Shown here piece by piece: positions 60,282-64,000 of a stretch of 64,000 nt of DNA. The stretch is from positions 1 to 64,000 of the forward strand of contig MCFE01000440.1 of NCBI GenBank assembly GCA_002104905.1, written 5' to 3'. The notes beneath the pieces were generated by a model. That model was not told where the DNA came from. It saw only the letters and a program-made list of their open reading frames with translations, and did no database searches. How positions within the stretch are numbered: position 1 is the first letter of the stretch; every line of letters begins with the position of its first letter. This DNA is from Basidiobolus meristosporus CBS 931.73 (taxonomy: Eukaryota; Fungi; Basidiobolomycota). The translations under genes and the position numbers were made by a program.

Positions 60282-61632
60282 GTATATATATGTGCTTAGC
60301 TCTGGCATGATAAGTAGGATCCCTAGTTAATGATATACAGCCTTATTATCTTTGTAAATACATGTTGGTTCATCTAAATTAAAGCCGGAGTCTTTGAATA
60401 ACATCTGTGGCCATATAGTCTCCTTAGTTGCTTGGCAAGCAGCCATATATTCAGCTTCCAATGCCAATAGGGCCACAGTTGGTTATTTCTTGCAACTCCA
60501 AGTAATAGCTGCACCAGCATAAAGATTCCATACCCAGTGATAGAGCATCTGTCAATTAGATCTTTACCCCAATCTGAATCACTATAACCATCAAATCTTA
60601 GCCCATTAGCTGCTCCAGAGTATTCCAGTACCATGTTTATGGTACCCTGTAGATTTCTGAAAATCCGCTTAACTGCTGTAATTTGATCTGATCAATTATT
60701 CTGCAAGAACTGACTGACTATTCCAACTGCCACTGCAATATCTGGACATGTAGACACCATTAGGTACATCAAGCTCCCAACCATTGATTGATAGGGAAAG
60801 TTTTGGTCCATAATTAAGCTGTTTTCACCTAAGACTGGCTGAGATTTGCTTGATATTAGATTATTGTCCATAGGGGTAGCTGCAGGCTTGCAACTTTCCA
60901 TTTTTAAGCTTCTAAGAATGCCCCTGATGTACTTAAACTAATTTAACACAATCTTCTGTGTATGTATGTCAGATTTTACTGCAATTCCAAGAAAATAGCT
61001 CAATTTTCCATGATCTTTCATCTCAAACTTGCTGAAGAGATCTGATTTTGTCTGTTTAAGTGCATCCTGGTCAATTGTAGCTTTTATTAGGCTATCCACA
61101 TAAAGAACTCAAATGATCTCACCATTTTGAGCTGTTTCATATATATACTGTGATCTGCAGTGCTACATATGAGCCCAATCCCCTCTAGATATGTGTCATT
61201 CCTGTTATACCATGCTCTAGACACCTGCTTAAGCCAATACAACAATTTCCAGAGTCTGCACACCTTATTTGGGTTGTTGGATTGGTATATCCTTCTAGTT
61301 GCTCCATATATAGTGTCTTACAAATCCCCATTTAGTAAGGCTGTTTTAATGTCCATTTAGTGTAGATCTAGACTGCATACAGCTGCCAGGGTGAGAACTG
61401 TCCTAATGGCGTTAGACTTGGTAACCAGAGCAAATGCACCCTTTAAGTCTAGTCTCTGGATCTGGGAATATCCTTGAGCCACCAATCTAGCCTTGTATTT
61501 ATCAATGGTGCCATTTGAGGTTATCTTGATCTTGTAGACCCATCTACATCCTATTGGCTTTCTCCCATTTGGTAAATCTACCAGTTTCCATGTTTTACCT
61601 TGATTGGTAATTGGTGCTCCTCCTGCATGGCT

Positions 61633-64000
61633 TGTTGCTGGGACAAGTCTTGATATAAGAGTTGTACAGGAATAGTGAGTTAAGCTAGTTTTGTGTCCAC
61701 TAAAGCTTGAACTGATTTTTGTTCCAGCAGCTTCTTATGTACATTTTGCCAGATCAATTGCTGACTAATTGCATTTCCTAATGTAGGCTGTGGCTGACGA
61801 CTCATTTGATTGCATCATATTCACCCAATGAGATCCTACTTGATATGTCTACTTCTGTCCAATAAGGTTTTTCTGATTTATTTGCTGACTAATGCTACTG
61901 CTTTGATAGATAACACTTATATACTGCTAGGCTAAACATAAGACTAATTGACTTTACTAAAAGCTGATCTAACTTAAACATTCAAGTGGCAGATCATAAC
62001 ATTCTCCCCTACTAAAGCTGGGTAGGTTCTCCTGAATTTCTTTTCTTGTGATATCAATATCTTGATGGTTCAGTATTATCAGCAAGTCTTGCAAGCTTGA
62101 GTCTGTCCTATGAACTACGTCTTCCCAGATATTGCCTTGTTTGTCCACCAGTTGGAAAGTTGCAAATGGACATTCTTTGATGATTTTGAATGGCCCTCTC
62201 CAATGTGGCTCAAACTTCTTCCAAGTGCTGTTTCTTAGCAATACAAAGTTCCCAACTGTCAATACTTCTGTGCTATAGTCTAATCAAATCTCTGCTTCAT
62301 CTTTTCTGCATTTTGAGATACTTTAGCCTGTGCCTCTTGACATCTTTGCCCCAGCTGCTGGTGTCTGCCAGGTTGACTAAGCTCATCTTTAAGGTGCCTG
62401 TAAGCATTGGTTGTGTGAGACCTCTTGGAATCCTTGGTTCACATTGATACACTAAGTAAATTGACAACTGTAGGGTGGTGTTGTGCACTCTGACTCTACA
62501 GGCAAAAAGTGCTTGGTATATATACTCATCCCATCTACTAGCAGCTCCATTTGCATACTTGGTCAGCATTTTTCCAAATAATCCATTGAACTGTTCAGTG
62601 ACTCCATTAGTAATGGGGTGATATACTGAGGTTTCAGGTGTTTGATCTGCTGCATTTTCAGTTAAGCTTCCAATGTCTTTGAAATAAAGTTTGCTCCTCT
62701 ATTGGATAAGATCGCCACATGGCATCCAAACTTCATCAGGATCTCATGGTAGATGGAACTTGCAACTGCTTGCTCACTGACTTTAGGTACAGCTTTAGTA
62801 ACTGGACATTTAGTGGCATGGTCTGTTGTTACTAAGATCCAATGGTGACATTTCCTGGAGGTTGGCAGTCTTCCAATGTAGTCAATACCCCATCTCTCAA
62901 ATGGTCTTACAGGCTCCAGAGGAAAGAGTTTGGCAATTTTTTGTGGCTGACCTTAATTGATTTGGCAGTTTGGGCAGGTTTTCACTAGCCTCTCAATTTC
63001 TTGTTTCATTCTGGGCCACCATGCTCTGGCTTTCACAAGACTATAGGTTCCTTCAATCCTAAGATGACCATATCAATTGTGTATATTATTTATTAAATCC
63101 AGACAAGTAGCATAAGGTAAATAGGCAATAGGGCTTCTATCAACAATTTGGTAGAGTGTTTCATCCTGTACTACAATATTTGATGACTTCATCCCAAATT
63201 ATCTTCTTGATATCTTCATCCACTTCATTACAAATGGCTTGGTCCTCCAAGTACTTTGGTAATAAGCTATGCCTATCTGATTCAGGCACTAAGTTGAGTT
63301 GTGTCACTTGTTCTAGTCTTGACACAGCATCAGCAACCATGTTGCTTTTTCCAGGGTAGTAGACAATCTCCAAATCAAATTGCTGGATGTATTCACTCCA
63401 TCTTGTCATTCTTCTGGATAGTACCTTCTGAGTAAATATGTACTTAAGGGAGGTGTCATCAGTCTTCACAGTGCATTTTACTCCTTTAATATAGCATCTC
63501 CATGTCTTCAAGCAGTGTATTATAGTAAGCAACTGCTTCTCATACTCCAAAAAGTATTGTTCTGCTGAGTACAGTTTCTTGGATTCAAAGGCAACTGGGT
63601 GGTTCTTTCCCTTGTGTTCTTGGCTCAGCACTTCACCAATTGCATAGTCTGAAGTATCTGTGCACAGAGTAAACTCTTTTCTGAAGTTTGGGATTCTAAA
63701 GCTTGGCAGCTTAGCAAGTTCATTCTTGAGTGTCTGAAAGGCAGTCTCACAGGCTATGTCCCACTTAATGGTCGTGTCTTTCTTGAGAATATCAGTTAAG
63801 GGGGCTTCAACACTTGCAAAGGACCTGACAAATATCCAATAATAGGAAACCATTCCAAGGAATGATCTGAGCTCTGATATGCAATGGGGCTGCTTCAGAT
63901 TCTTGATGACTTCAACCTTCTTGGGATCTAAGGTCACACCTGTACTAGTCACTCTGAGTCCCAGGAATTCAATATGTTCCTTCAAGAAGTCACACTTTGC
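61633..64000 (-). mobile_element. Degenerate Ty3/Gypsy element C (RT C-terminus, RNase H, integrase, PPT, 3' LTR 61633-62001); runs off the window
   Basis: FLG..VT..GV..DPKKV, LRSFLGMVSYY, TDTSDYAIGEVLSQ, PVAFESKKL, DAVSR; integrase WGIDYIG...SDNRGANF...YHP; EPHWRGPFKI; purine tract AGGGGAGAA followed by TGTTATG...CAGCAACA. No chromodomain seen. Confidence 0.9.

Larger units (their letters stand above)
55060..61632 (-). mobile_element. Older Copia family B (degenerate RT/RNase H plus 3' LTR ~55060-55428), split by intact Copia A and by Gypsy C
   Basis: Minus strand gives AMQEEH..., LVDLPNGRKPIGCRWVYK, KARLVAQGY, PYQSMVGSLMYL, GYSDSDWG and HARAKHI, then after the Copia A insertion LHFVREAVENNLVELVYCPTDKMVADILT. 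This is followed by the purine tract GATGGGGAG and an LTR unrelated to A's. Confidence 0.85.

Noticed and set aside
1-64000. tRNA, rRNA or other structured ncRNA genes; classical CpA RIP
   Set aside because: No cloverleaf or rRNA signature was recognised by eye. Copia copy differences are mainly at CpG rather than CpA, although some CAA/CAG>stop changes occur in the oldest relics.

Overview
Eukaryotic fungal DNA, probably from an early-diverging (non-Dikarya) lineage. That is inferred from 56-63 nt GT-AG introns, a KRE6/SKN1 gene, a cAMP-receptor-like GPCR and the retroelement types. Five intact host-like genes lie in CpG-rich islands: GPCR 164-1287, gamma-glutamylcyclotransferase 2729-3253, KRE6-like GH16 4305-5687, MFS sugar porter 12668-14193, and a 69-aa mitochondrial micro-protein 33747-33956. 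About 75% of the window is a CpG-depleted, deeply nested transposon graveyard. It holds a young Ty1/Copia family (one intact copy with apparently identical LTRs, one mutated full-length copy, truncated copies and solo LTRs), an older second Copia, two Ty3/Gypsy elements (one a chromovirus) and a 3.4-kb PIF/Harbinger-type element with two 733-bp fold-back derivatives. It also holds a ~320-bp CCC...GGG MITE family, a CACTA/En-Spm transposase remnant and four probable decayed LINE relics. The most unexplained items are (i) a tandemly repeated, tightly convergent two-gene module ('A/B') with no recognisable transposase, present in at least six copies or fragments; (ii) an intronless PrimPol/AEP pseudogene; and (iii) a 1.16-kb AT-rich insert with a 33-bp repeat array inside a Copia relic. 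All family assignments come from motif recognition by eye; no database search was run. Boundaries of decayed elements are approximate.
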